Positions 22,474 to 37,400 of a stretch of 64,000 nucleotides of DNA are shown here, one piece after another. The notes below the pieces were generated by a model, which saw only the letters and a program-made list of their open reading frames with translations, was not told the DNA's origin and made no database searches. The stretch comes from Lytechinus pictus. Taxonomy: Eukaryota. The position numbers were made by a program, and so were the translations under genes. Where the stretch lies: NCBI RefSeq assembly GCF_037042905.1, contig NC_087245.1, positions 24,988,001 through 25,052,000 of the forward strand, in the 5' to 3' direction. How positions within the stretch are numbered: the first letter of the stretch is position 1; each line of letters opens with the position of its first letter.

Positions 22474-24532
22474 TGCTTAGAACTGGGCCTCTATTCGACT
22501 TATAGAGAGCTAAACTTACATGTAAGCAGTCTACTGTAGTTTCAGCTAATAAAATTTCCACGTTAAAAAGGGGAGGGAGGTTGCTCTACTAAGAAATTTT
22601 GATTTCGATATAGATTTCCTTCTTTATTAATATCCAGTATATTCAGAGTGGTTCATTAAAGAATATAATTCACCAATCCTAAATAATGATGGAAAACAAA
22701 CCAAATTTAAAAATAGTTGCTCCAAAGCTTATTCCCACCAGTCCTTTTAACTATATTACAAGCTTTTACAAAGAGAACAGCAATCATTACATGCCACATG
22801 CAATGTTAAGAAGGCTATTCATTTTTAAACATCTCAAATTGGCAGAAGCCAAGACATGATTTCCTATACAAGGGGCTACTGGGGGGACCAACAAATATAA
22901 GGCCATCAAACTTTCCAGCTTTCAGAAATGATGATTACTTATACTGCAGAAAGAACATGGCTTAATGTCATATTTATTTCATTTTCAAGGATGAACACTT
23001 AAAGAAATATTTGGGTCTTGCATTTTTCTGCAATTACTCTCACGATCTCCCTATATTGCAAATCATTGCAAGCTTTGCAGGGAGATATGCTGTTCTGTAT
23101 CAAAACTCTAAAAATACACGATAAGCAACATAATATGCATAAATCCTTAATAATATAAATTTTGCTCCAAGTATGTGCATGCAGAAATTCCTTATCAAAG
23201 ATATCAACATTCAGTGTCAATTTTTTTTAAACAAATACTTCTTTCCCATGTATCGATTCAATACTGTACATCACTCTCTACAAACTGATTGGACACTTAG
23301 AAAGCTTACTTAACGATTGGCCAGCCTTTCAAAACCAAAATGCCTTATAATGACAAACAGTTACTGTCCACCAATGCTCAACCCTTGAAAGCATATAGAT
23401 TTATAAAGGGCTAGTGCATACATCCTTTTTATCTTAACCCCCCCCCCCCACACAACTACTGAAAAGGATACATTCATCAAGGACTACTTCACCAATGAAA
23501 TATGAATGGTGAAAATCTGACATTTTTTCCTTTCCCCATGTGTTTCTTAACACACGGATACGATACCAATTTTTGCTTTAAATACCAATGTACATTTACA
23601 ATACTTGAAGTTATCACACTACATATAAAAACAATACACAATAAAGTACGGTACATGATTCCTTTCCACATGTACACGCAAGAAGGCATGTTCATAACAA
23701 AAACAAAAACCAAAGACAAATAAAGCATATACATTGGTATGAACCAATCATACATATAATGTAAAGATATAAATGAACCCTGTAACATAAGAGTTAAGAT
23801 CAATCGTACTTATTCAGTGAAACTGTAAATCTATGGTATACCTAGTACAAAGAGTTATAATCACTCACAAACATTGATGTTATGTTACAGGGCCTAGCTG
23901 GCTGCAAGAAAAGTCAATATAATGACATCAAAATCAAAGAGTTTGGGGAGCATGTTGCATGAATCATCTTTGCCTGTGATTTCTACTGACATAGTTGCTC
24001 TCAACCAATCAAATGGATGGATTTTAAGTAGCTTATAACGACACAGAGACAGAGTCTGCACGTACGTGGACTGTGGAAATTGTTGTATTCTTCTAGTATA
24101 ACCAGCCAGTTGCCAACAGGTTGAACATTTATACAACATAAGATTGAAATAGTGTGTCTATAACACATAGCAGCTGATCAACAAGCACAAAGAAACAAGT
24201 CCAAGCATGACTTACCCCCCCCCCAAAAAAAAAAAATAATAATAATGCTTTGTTTCTAGCCATTTTAATTGTCATTTCTATCTTCTACAGACCATTTCAT
24301 GAAAGCTGTCAGCACCGACACATGATGCATGAATTTTAATCTTTGTGTTTTAGGAATTGTATAAACACCATAATACCATGATGCGTGCATCCTTCAAAAG
24401 TGTCTAACTGGGGTTACCAAAGGTGTGGGTCCTACACTCAAACTTTCCTCCCTATTATCATACAGAAATATATTCAGAAGATGTGAGTGTTGTGTAACAA
24501 ACTGGAAAAATAAATATTATTCAGGGATAATT

Positions 24533-24811
24533 CCAGGGCCCCGTCTTACAAAGAGTTACGATTGATCCAATCAATTGTAACTCTATGGAAATCCATCAGT
24601 GTCATAATTTTTTCTACAGGTAATTTGCAAATTGTCCCTTGTAAACAAAGGAGAACACACCAAATTGTCAAGAAATCAAGGAATTAATGGATATACATTC
24701 ATATGTAGAAAACTTTTTGAACAAAACATGCATTTTATATGTTGACTTTGCTGGCTTTCCATAGTTGAGGTTGATCAGATCAATCGCAACTCTTTGTAAG
24801 ACAGGGCCCAG
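24533..24811. mobile_element. MITE, same family as 15298-15573
   Basis: CAGGGCCCCGTCTTACAAAGAGTTACGATTGATC ... GATCAATCGCAACTCTTTGTAAGACAGGGCCCAG. Confidence 0.8.
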
Positions 24812-25497
24812 ATTACCAGAATACAGAAAACATGGAGAGATTCTTAACCTTACATGTCTAGTAAAAGTGGTTGCATGATTCAGAGAAGAATGAGGTCAAG
24901 CGGGGGGAAAAAAAAGAATTATAAGAATACAAACAAGAAACAAATAACTCACAATAAAATAGAAAATATATCATTTTTCCCATGAAACATGAAGTCTTCT
25001 ATCAGTTTGCATTCAAATTAAGACTCATCAGTCAAAATCATACATATCTCTAGATAAATTTGAGAACACAAGTCTGACCTAGTTTTCTAAAATCAAATGA
25101 AATTAATTCTATTTGATTTGTGGACTCTAATGTACCACTACAGAAAATGCTAGTGCATATAATTCCTTTTTTAATTATCAAGAATATCATATATCCTTAT
25201 AATAAAAATGTGTAGCACTAGGCTTTATTGTGTAGTTTTTGTGTGAGGTTTTTTAACAATGAAGTCTCAAGGATGGTGACATATGAAAAATAGCAAAAAG
25301 AGGCTGCTCACAACATTGAATAGGATAGCAGTTTCTAGTAATGTCCAGCCGATGAAATAATAATAAAAATAACACCCATGCGTGGTATCCAAAATGATTT
25401 AAGGCAAACAATAAAGTGGAGTATCTTCATTTCTTTGAATAAGAAATCCTGGATCAATAGATTCTACAAATTGATAGAAGTGAAATATAAATGACAT

Positions 25498-28400
25498 CTA
25501 ACTGGTATCCATGAGTGAATCACTGCTACTGAGAGTTGAGTCTTTCTGGATGCTGTCAAACATGGTAGCCATCTCAGGACTGGAGCGGATCTGCATCAGG
25601 AACTCGGTCAGAAGCATGTTCTTGTCTGTAAAAAGGAGGAGAGATAAACGGAGGAGATTAGAATAGGAGATATACAGTGAGAGATAAGGATAAGAGATTA
25701 GATGAGGAAATCAGGGGGAAAGATAAGAGGAATAAGTCAAGAAAAGATAAACATCCACTGGATAGGGTCAAATAGTCATTATTGACTAGCTATTCAGTTG
25801 CCCTAATATTATCTTTACCCTGGCAGTCCAGTGGATGCTCATTCAACATGTTTATTGTTGCATTGTATGATGTATTGATTTATTTGATGTATTTCATAAT
25901 TGCCAAAGTATGATGATTATGATGATGATGATAATGACAATGACGGTGATGATAATTGATAGTGATGACTGATGGTAATGACGAAGATGATGATGATGGT
26001 GATAATGATCGATGATTGATGATGATGATAATGATGATGATAATAATGATGATGATGAAGATGATGATGATGGCGATGATAATGATGATGATGATGATGG
26101 TGATGATGATGGTGATGATGATGATGATGGGTTCGATCCCAGCCATGGCGTAATTTTTGGCAAAAATTGATCCACAATGTGCTGCACTCAACCCAGGTGA
26201 GCCACGCTACATCCTATACTGTATTATTATCATTATGATGATGTTGATGCCAACCAGTTATAATAAAAATAATTAAAACAAAAAGAATAATTTTGATTTA
26301 TGATTTTTTAGGGGAAGGGTGTAATTTCATTGTTGTCTCACCACTATCTGGAACAGCCTGTAAAGCAGCTACAACCCTCATGGCTGATCGTTTCAACTCA
26401 TCTTGTTTCTCAAACTCCTGCTTGACAGAGTTAGCTTTAACCTTGGTGGTACATGTCGTTCTCAGTGGTTCGATTAGTCTGTCTAGCCCTGGATAAATAC
26501 AAGAAAATTATTTCATAAACAAAATTTCATCAGTTTGCATCTCATTAGGTGAGTAAATGTAACAGCCCTGGATAGGATACAAGAAATCATTTCATAGACA
26601 AAATCTCAACAGTTTACAACTCATTAGGTGAGTAAATGTAACGTGTGAAAATGATAGACCAGTCCAGAAGAAGTTACAAAATCATCTAATTCCATTCAGT
26701 TGGATTATATGATCTGAATAAATTAAACTAATATATTGTTTACAAAAATAATAAAAATCAAATCACCTATAAATATCACTGACAATACCAGATAAAAAGA
26801 ACCTGAAATCAATTGTTTTTCATCAGTAAAAGTAAATACACATTAGTGAGTTTTGGCTGGAAACAGAATAGCATCAGAGTTGTGCATAAAATAAAATTTG
26901 GGGGCAATTTTGGGTTTACACAATGTCACCTTATTTCAAAACCACGTACCCGGGTGTCAAGTTGGCTCTAAAACGTTGAACAAGACTTAAAATAAATTAT
27001 TCATGAAACAGTGCAGTGCAACACTTCCATGCTACAAATTGTGCCTTCATGGTCCCTTCCCTAAGCTATTAAACACCTGGGGGCCGTTTCATAAAGCTGT
27101 TCGTAAGTTAAGAGCGACTTTAAGAACGACTGGTGATCCTTTCTTACGCGCTAAACCATCACCAATGAATATACCATTTACCACAAGAAAGGATCACCAG
27201 TCGTTCTTAAAGTCACTCTTAACTTACGAACAGCTTTATGAAACATCCACCTGGGTGTAAATCTCAAATATCATTACCACCATTTTCCCTTGAATGAACC
27301 GAAATCACGACTCACTCTGTAAGATTGCATGTGGGCTGAGCGTTGACAATCTGACCAGCATCAAGTACGTCAACATCTGTGGTACAAAACAACAAAAACA
27401 CACTGTTTGCTACCTTCTTCCATTGAGTACAATCCTTTAGTGTGAGATAAAAGGATACCTATCAACTGGAGAGTTAACTGAGGGTGAATGGTGTGAGGTG
27501 GCTCCACACACTGTTGCAGGCAGGACATTCCATATAAAGCAGATGTCATTTTGAGACAAGGATTCCTGACAACATACACTAGAAATCTATAACTAAACTG
27601 TATGCCTTTGCCAGATCACAATTTTTAATAATAACCTGTATGGCTGTTGGCCTTGTTACCCCAAAATTTATTCTGATCATTTCCACTCACATAATGTATG
27701 TATACATGTGTCAAGTTTTATGGTAATTTGATCTCTTAAATGGCTCTCCAGTCATCGTAAGAACAAAATAATTTCAGATGTAATATGATCTCTGTGACCT
27801 TTGCACAAAAGGTATTGATAGTCTCTAACAGTGGCATAATGAGCAAAAATTTTTGAGGGGGGCCAGACATGGCATGTAGGGCGAAATTTCTAGAAAGCTG
27901 TGAGCAGGCAAAAATGTGGACCTTTTTAATATGAAAATCCATCTCTTTTTGAAAATGATATCACAATTCACTGTTTTTCCTTTCCTTTTAATCTTTTTAT
28001 TCATTTCTTTTCGTGGTTGTGAAAGCACTCCCCCATCTGATTCATGACCCCTTTGAATGACCCTGAGTGATAACACTGTCTTACCTTGACATCATAGTGA
28101 TCCTTGAGCCCATCTTCTAAGTGATTAAGAAACTCAAAGATATCCAGTCTGTCCAGACATGATTCTAGTAATGTATACATACATTCAAATGCAGCCTGTT
28201 GAAGAAAACGTTACAAAAACTCATCATATCCTCGAAAATTTGAAAATTCATCCATTCAACAAACCACCCAGAAAGTATGTATCATGTATTACCACACCTG
28301 GTTAACAGATTGTTTTCAAGAAAATCAATATCAGAAAGATACTGCCTGCCTACAGGTTGAATATAACTATTAATTCCCCCCCCCCCCAGGGTGGTTTTTT

Positions 28401-31400
28401 TTTCCACAAGGGATTGTATTTTTCCAGAAGCGCACATCGCTGTGGGAAAATATTTCTCCCCAAGAGGAAACATAGCTTCAGAGAGGTGGATGGAGGAACA
28501 GACTGACCAGGCAATATCTGTCATATTTATATAGTCAATGTAGATTTCTTATCAGAGTCTGAATTGGGTATATGAGAAACTTGCACTGCCCGCTGCATCA
28601 TAATAGAATAACGCAGCACCTGTGTTGAAAAATCAGTGAGTGACATCACCTTGGTTAATATATCATTTTATTAACTGAAGTAATGTCAAAACCTAAAATA
28701 TATACCTGTGTAATACACAAAGCAATTCTGTTTACTTATGTTGGCCTGTGTTTTAGCACATCACAAAATCAATTGATAACAGAAGATCAATAATGGAAAG
28801 CTTTGGGGTAGCCTAAAAGAGTATCTTGATAACAAATTTCATCTGGAAGGAAAGCATCCAAGTTGATACAAGGTTTACATATAGTTTACCTTTCTCGTAT
28901 CTAAGCCGTCATCTACCGTGTGTTTGAAGGGACCCATCTCTACCTCTCGGATCAGCTCTTTCTGTAAAATAAAGAAAGCAAAAATTTATCAAGGAACTTT
29001 TTATCAACAAATAATAATACACTATAATATGAATATTATTTGGGCTCAAATTAAAAAATTTGAACAAGTGGCCAGAGAAAACAGAGGAATTAATGTTTTT
29101 AGACATCTTTTCAGGCTCCAAACTTACTTACTTATCAAAAAGTTTAAACAAAGAAAGGAGCAATATCAGACGTAAAATTAACTCTTTCCAATGATGCAAT
29201 GATATTATATACAACTTTATAAAGTGATAAAATACTTAAGAGATAAACCCTAATTTCTATTCTTCAACCAGGACTTTGGAGTAATAATTCTGAACTCCTA
29301 CCAATTACAGTTCCCATGGGAACTGAAAGTTGTTAGCACTGACAATAATTTGTAATCTGACAGCTCAAACATTAAAAGTCGGATGCTTTTCAGCCAATAA
29401 AACCCAAGTAAATTGTCAGATCAGAAAATCAGTTTTGATGAAACACCTGTCGGATTGTCTCCTACCTTGACTTTTGTTTCATTGTAGAGATGTGGTAGGA
29501 TTGTTTCTAGTAGATCTCTGATAAGGGTTGGTTTGTTGTGTGCTGCTGAATTGAAGGTAACCAGAGATACCCGCCTCACGTTAAGATCGGGATCCTGCAT
29601 GGTCTGTAAGAACTCTGCAATGCATGCCTTCAGCAACGGGTCTATGGCTTGAGGCTGTCAAAGAAAAGGAAGTCACTAAGGCTGCATTCCATGATAACAA
29701 CATTGAAAGCACAATATTTCAACTTCAATGAATAGATAACATTGGATACATGGTATATCACTTCTGATGTTGTAAAAAAAAAGTTGATCCCTTGAACACT
29801 TCTTCAGTTATCATGAGAAAAGGATATTTCAATAAACAAAATGACCTCTGTGACCTTTGACCTCATGACCCTAAAGTCTAATCAATTCATCACAACTCCA
29901 TAATACATGAGCCATGTTTGAAGTCGAACCCTAAAATGGTTCTTCATTTATCACAAGAACAATATATACATTCAGGTACATGTATACAGTGACCTATGCG
30001 ACCTTTGTCCTCTGACATTGTCCAGCAAAAATTTATCAGATCATTGCCATCGCTATAAGCATTAAGCATACTTGAACCAAGCTTGAAAATGATCCATCAA
30101 ATATTTTTTTAGTTATCACGTAAACAAACTGTGATGCCTCTGGTAACCATCTATAGAGGGCTGAGGCATAAAAACGCTGCATTTATTTTAATTGATACTG
30201 CTACTTTTATTGACATTGCCCACTGAGTAATGCTTACCTGATCTGAGATTGTGAACTTGACCGCTGTGATTACCGTATTCCTTGTGTAGGCAGAATCAGA
30301 CTTCAAATTTTTCTGGTAAAAATAAATATAGATACAAACAATAATGTGCATGTCATCAGTAGGTTCTATGGCATCTGCTTCACCAACAATCCTTACCCTA
30401 ACACTCATTCTAATCAAACATTATTTTGAACAAACAGCAACCCTATTATAACCCTCATCTATTTGGAAACTTTCCTGAAGTGGAAATATGATGATGTTCA
30501 AAAGCATTCCTATTTCAAACAAACATTTATTTGTACCATGTATGTTTTGTGGCTGATGATGATGTTCAAAAGTATTTCCTACTTCAAACAAACATTTATT
30601 TGTACCATGTATGTTTTTTGGCCTCCATTTCGATGAAATCATTTGATAAATAGATGGAACTTGTTTTTAGAAACACTTGGGGTTCAACACAATACGTAAT
30701 TCATAAGGTTACTTTTCAATTTAAAAAAAATACCCTTGGTCAACAATGAAGAATAACTAGTATCACTTATCAACGATTGCATATCATGCTAAATAAAGAC
30801 TGTTCACATGACAGTTCTCAACCAACTTTTTGCAAGGATCAATAACATGTTATAATTCAGCCTGATAACTGATTGATCTCCTCTTCATCAGGCTAGTGAA
30901 ATGATAAAGTGTTTTGGAATCTATTTCTTACCTTTAACATTGGTAGCAGCTGCTCAGGATTTATGAGGGTAAGCTTTCCCAAACACTCTGAAACTACATT
31001 TCTTGTTCCTTCCTCCGGGCATTCACAATGATGGAATAACATTGACCTGGAGACACCAATGGGAGGTGTGACACAAACACAATAAAACTATGATTGACTG
31101 CAGAGATCATCCTATTATATCAATATGGGGGTGATGTACACACCATGCTTGCAATTAATCGTAAATTTGGAAGTGATGGATCAACTTCAAACACGGAAAA
31201 TTAATTCACTCTCTGTTGTAAGAATCACACCATCAAGCCATTGCTTATCTACGATTAATTGCAAGACTTCAGATTGAGTTTCAATCCTAAGATTTCCTTA
31301 CAATTTATTTTTAGATGCTTGAGATAATTCTAATGACAATAAAAATTTATATAGTGCATAAATCATTGAAGACTCTCTATGTGTTTTACACACATCAAAT

Positions 31401-34400
31401 CGATAAAATATACAAATTGTACATTGGACAAATTGCCCTGTGAGATGTCTACAGAGGTTTCATAACCATTTGTAAGTTACACAAGTATCCTCTTTGTCAA
31501 AAAAAAAACACAATTAAATAAAAAATAGGCAAAACCATTACACAACAGAATCGATGACAATAGACTGTATGTCGAAGCTATATAACGGTTTGGATAAAAA
31601 AAATAATAAAGTGAAAGAAGACAACCATAAACAAAACTAACATAATTTTACAATGTAGCTGCTTATATGTTTTGTTGTGTAACTTACCAGATTGTTTCAA
31701 CAAATGGTTTCAGACCATCAACACCAGCCTGTGAACTACTTTGACATGAGATGATCTGAAAGATAAAGATGAAAAAAAGAACAAATTAATTCATATGAGA
31801 TGGGACTACAACCATACACTTCAATAAACCTAAGCACATTTCGTACTCACTTGAATATTAGCCAAAAAGGAATTTGATAAAGAATGAGGTACATGTATCA
31901 TCATAGGATTCAAGCTCCATTATTAAGTTAATTGTAACCAGTAACACTTGATAGAGCCCAATTTTTTTAATGTATGAAGATGAACAATGAAAACACATGT
32001 ACATGTATAATGGTATGTACAAGGAGATAAATGTCATGGCGAGACACAAAAATACGCAAGATTAAATGACTGTCATTCTAACAGCTCAACATCAACACCA
32101 ACAACACACACCCTTACAAACATGCAAAGGACCTTAGTTTTTAGCTCATCCGGCCCGAAGATTATTCTTCTTTGTTCTGTTGATGTGCATGTCTTTTTAC
32201 TATTTTCATGTTTAGCCTTTTAAATCTTGTGTTTTCATGAACATGCTTTTTTAATAAAACAACAGGCTAATTGTGACAGTACATTATCAAAATCATCTAC
32301 TAGCCCAAATCTGCACCGCAACCAAGAACGCATTTCATCGCTGCACATTATTGCAATAAGAATTACTCATACATATGTATCCTTCTATTAATTGCTGCTT
32401 TTAAGCAGCTCCATCTTAGTGTTCACTTTAATTTTCACAGGTTAACATTTAGCCCACTCTCGTTCATGCTGTTTATTTTTTTATTTTTAGAAAGCCAATT
32501 AGGCACAATGTGCTTTATGGACCCAGCCTCGAGGAAAGTTCAAATAGATCATATAAATAATGCAACAACAGAAAAAAAAAGATTCATTGAAAATTGAATC
32601 TGCCTCTTCATACAGTGCCTTCATGTGACTAACGTGTTGTCATTTCTATTTTAGTTTAAGATGGATACCTACAGAAACATGAGGGCATGCACACTCCAAC
32701 TTAGTGGAGTTGTAGCAAGAATGAAAGCCCAAAGACTATCTCTACGAGCAGCTCAAGATACCATCACCCAAACAACTGAAGAAGTTGATTCATGTATACT
32801 TATTACTAGTAAATAGAGTAGAAGGGACAATAACAAGACTCCACAATTCAGTAGCAAAATCGAATAAAGCTATAAGAGCAAAGTATTAAAAGAACTGGAA
32901 AAACTGAAGGAAACACACAAAAATACAGCTCTGTGCAGTGTATGCAGAAGTGATGATTTCTTATCTCAGGATACTTCAGTCATGGAGTCTAAAGACATAG
33001 GCACATCGCAAACAACAGCAAGTGATCCTGCAACTGCACAAGATTTCTTTTCTGAGACTGTGTCCATGATCGACTCGCAAGACATTGCTCAAAACACTGG
33101 TACATCACAAGCAATGGCAAGTGTTCCAAGTTCTACTCAAGCTACATCTTCTACACCACAGCGATCAAGCGAAAACTTGTCTCAAACTCTTTTTGATTCA
33201 CAAGAATAATCTAAATACACGTTTCCTTTAAAAAAAAGAGGACGATTCCACAATTGGTAACGTTACATTTAAGCAAATTTTTAAAATTGATTTCACTATT
33301 GCATCACCATTTAACTCACACTGATATTGCAATATGTCCATCTACCCAAGCTCTATAATATGCAAAACAATTAGTACTATTCAATGAACAATTGAGTCGC
33401 TATAGTAACTTAAAGGGTCAGGTGGAAACGTTACAAAAACGACTGATGAAAAAATCATGTGTTTTTAGACTTAAAGTTTCCTAAAATGTGAGGTACACTG
33501 TACCTTGGACATATTGTTTTATTCATTTCAGTTTCAAAGGACCCATCTCAAACAGCAGGTCTCCCACATGAACTACAAGTAGGACAAGGGATGCGATAAG
33601 AGACTGTTGTAAATATCAATGTTGATGATGGACTCACCAATGGTTCTAGCTGTATTGTAAAGAAGATACACACCCCAAATCACAAGGCAAACAAGAGCAC
33701 AATTCAAATCATACTTTGACCAAGGAATCAACAAAAAGTGAACACCCATATTTGCTGCCAAGCGTACTTTCCTTGTCACCGGATGCCGTGTCCCAGTGAT
33801 CAGAACTCAGTTTCCACTCAGGCCAGCTGCAGCAAAGAATATTCACAAGTCTCAAGGAGATACAATGAATGAAGTGGTGATTGACATGAGTTCACGAACA
33901 TTTCCCCATAGCCATTATGTTGCTTTGAGTAGAGTAACATGCTTGGCAGGACTCCACATTCTAGAACTCAATGAAAAGAGTATCAAGGTATCTCAAGCTG
34001 AAGCACTTGAAATGAAACATTTGGAGTTTGAAGCATCACTTCATTGTGCCAAATCTTTATACATTGGATTTTAGTATTAGCGGTGCTGTTTTCTAGAACA
34101 AAGGAGGCCTAATATTAGGATTTATAGATATATCTAGACCCTATCTACTATTTTGCTGAGAACAGTTCGATTTGTCGTCATGCCGAAGGCAAAGTAGAAG
34201 AAGAAGGGAGCTGCTGCTCGCAACAAGGCAGGGGCTGAGGCACCAGAGAGGACGGTCCGGCCGTCAACTCCGGTTCGCCAGGGTAGCAGTGCCGGTGGCA
34301 GCGGGGCAGAAGAGAAACAAGACAATGCAAATGTTGAGCTTGTTCCTTCCCTTTCTAATTGTGAAGTGGGGAGTGAAGGTACGGGGGGGGGGGGGGGGGG

Positions 34401-37400
34401 TCTGATGGCGTGCCCAGAAATAGTTACGCTTGAGCAAGCGCTAGCTGGCCCAGGGAAAGGTCTCACGGTGGGTACGTTGCCGTCGGGGACGGCGGGGGCA
34501 GATGAATTAGAGGTTAGTGAGGGACGATCTGCCTCTCTTGGGCTGGGGACTAGGTCTCCTGCCGCATCCGGGGCACCGGAGCCATTTGTGAGTGCCTGCG
34601 ACCCATTAGGGGCCGAGGTGCCTGTATCACTGAAGGAGAAAATTTGGTCGAGCGAATAAATTGATTTGAGTGTGCTCCTTAAACAGAATTTTGGCACACG
34701 CGATGAATTAGGCCTAGGCCTAGGGGCATCATTGGGTGTAGTTGACACTAGGGCTACTTTGAGTTTGTGCCAATTGGAATTTGGTCTTTGTTTGCAGCTC
34801 CAACCGCAGACAAAGAATAGGAAGATTGTGTCGGTAGAGCAGTGGACTTCGGTGTTCTTGGTGTATGCTTCGATATATATTGAGAAGCATGTTGAGAGGG
34901 GCAGGGAGCTAATGAAGTATATGGATTTAATAAGGCATGCAGCCTGGGCGTTTGCGGGCTATGGTTTTAGGGACTACGATACCCATTTTAGGGTTAAACA
35001 GGCCCGTTTTCCCGGGCGATCATGGGCGAGTGTTGATGCTGAGTTATGGTTGATGTTGGTGGCTTCCAACGGTCTGCGGCAGCGCCCCACTGTACCCCAT
35101 GCACTGAGTCAGCAATACAGGGGGGACTTTGGTGCAAAAAGATATTTTCTTGGCGGCGGAAAAGGGCCCGGAGGACCTGGCGTGGCTAGCCGGGGCGTCT
35201 GCTTCGCCTTTGACAGAGGCAAGTGGCCACAAGGTAAGGCCTGTATTTATGAACACAGGTGTTCCCGCTGTCAGGCGACAGGAACGGTGCAAAGCAATGT
35301 AACCAGGGACGAGCCTTGCCCGGTCAGCCTATTTCTTCACTCTCTCCTCCATCCTCTAATACGTCTCTGTATTTTTTAAATATTTTTTTTCTTTGTTTCG
35401 TGTGTGTGTGTGTCTTTGATAATGCATGTCGTCCCGTACTTCTGTCACCTTATTTTCAATTTTTGCTATCATTTCTTTTTTTTCTTTAAAACATTTTTCC
35501 TATTTATCACATTTTACTTTTCCATTTTATAATATTGTATATTTGTACATTTTGTACAATCGAATGAATTTCCACATTTCATTAACTGTTATTACTTAGC
35601 CTTTTCTCAATTACTTAATATAAATCATTTCTTCAACTCGCTATAGGGGATCCATGCTCTACAAGCAATGCTTTTTAGTGGATCCCCTCATTTCCATACA
35701 CGCTTAATACTATTTTATACAACCTTATATTATATAATTATGCTGAGGTAAAATTGATCTTGTACTCATACTTTGTTTTGTATCTGTATTTGATTTATAT
35801 TTGTCATGGAAATGAAAATAAACTTCTTGATTCTTGATATGGATACTCAGAGATTCCATCGTGTTTTGGGCCCAGCGCAGGACGGAAAAGACCGGCAAGG
35901 CGGATCTGGGACTTGGGGCATCCGTTCGCTGATTTGGGTGGAGTAATGGACTGGTTAGAGAGAATCAAACGCCATGAGCCAAATCCGTCAGTTGTCATGA
36001 TGCACGTAGGGACAAACGACATTGAGTCCCTTTCGAGGAGACAGCTCGTCTGTGAAGCTTATAAAATTTTTGACTCCAATATGGGCAGTTTTCAGCTAGT
36101 ATGGTTAGACATTTTGGAGCGGGTACGATATGAATATGGTCCTCCAGATGAGCAAAGGCAAGTTGGACTTGAACGGAGGGCTACGAACAGGTATGCTCGG
36201 TCCTTAGCTTCCAGATATGATGGGAAGGTCGTAACACATTCAATAACTCATAAAGATGTTTCACTATTCAGGAATGATGGTCTGCACCTAGCCGATGAAG
36301 GACTTGATAGATTTATTGGCAAACTAAAAGCTGGCTTGTCATATATTAGATGAGTATTGTTTTTTATTATGCATTTCCCCGCAGTTTCTCCGGCAAGACA
36401 GGCTCCTGTCCGTCCAATGAATGGTATTTCATTGGGAGCACTGGATGTGTTTTTGGACGGCCAGGAGTTGGTATCGTTGGAGTGATATTATTAACTTTGT
36501 TGAAATTTACTGCTGGTGCATTTACATTTGAGTGTATGATATGAGTAAACAATTTATGAGTTTATTTTAGAGGTGCACGGGGTCGAATGTAGGGGTGGTT
36601 TATAAAACCATGACAATGTGATATACCCCCCCCCCCCCTTCACCACGCTCGGTGATTTGGCGATAATAATAGTAGCTCTAAATTGGTGCTGGAATAAGGA
36701 ATAATTTGCTCACAAAATTGTTAGGCTGTCATCAATACCAACGGTAAAAAAAAAACGGCAGATATGTGTGTTCTTTGAGGGGGACTATTAATCTTTGGTT
36801 GATTTGATTAGGGCATGGATTTTGTAGACTCATGCTAGAATCATTTTGAGTGTTTTTTGCGACGATCATATTTAAATATATTCTTGTTTGGTGGTAATTT
36901 GGCAATTATGCTGCCAATATCACAATTTTCATAGAATATAGTGGGGTATTCCTTCCCATGCTAGGCCAGGCATGTGGATTTTAATAAATTATGTTCTCAT
37001 GTTATGATGTAATTTGCAGGTCCCCAATCGGAACTTAGGTGAGGGAGACCTAGCTATTTCTACATAAAAATTTGTAAGAAATTTGTTAAGCTTAAGTAAT
37101 AATATTGTGTCAAGCTTAAAGTTTAATCTTAGCCTCACCTGATCTTAAAGGCAGGGAGGCTGGTCTATACACGGTCATTCATATATTTATATATGCTATA
37201 ATTGTGCCATCTGTAAGCAACCGATTAAGCTTAGTTCATAGCTGTACTGGGATTCCGGGCCGGCTAGCAGGGAACCAGTGGGAAAACAGCAATGAATTCA
37301 AACTCTGAATTTTGGAGGGGGGCCTTCTAGCCGGGCCCCATCTTTAACCCATCTCCGAGGAGCTTAACAAGGGTATCGGTTGGTGTCAGACATTATCAGT

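Noticed and set aside
25880..26191. Poly-His/Ser/Ile ORFs
   Set aside because: Translation artefacts of the (GAT)n microsatellite.
30488..30622. ATGATGA...CTGA in a ~69-bp tandem duplication
   Set aside because: It is antisense to the host gene, and the boxes arise from the duplication junction. A simple tandem duplication.
34134..34748. 204-aa minus-strand ORF
   Set aside because: Antisense shadow of the GC-rich gag-like ORF.
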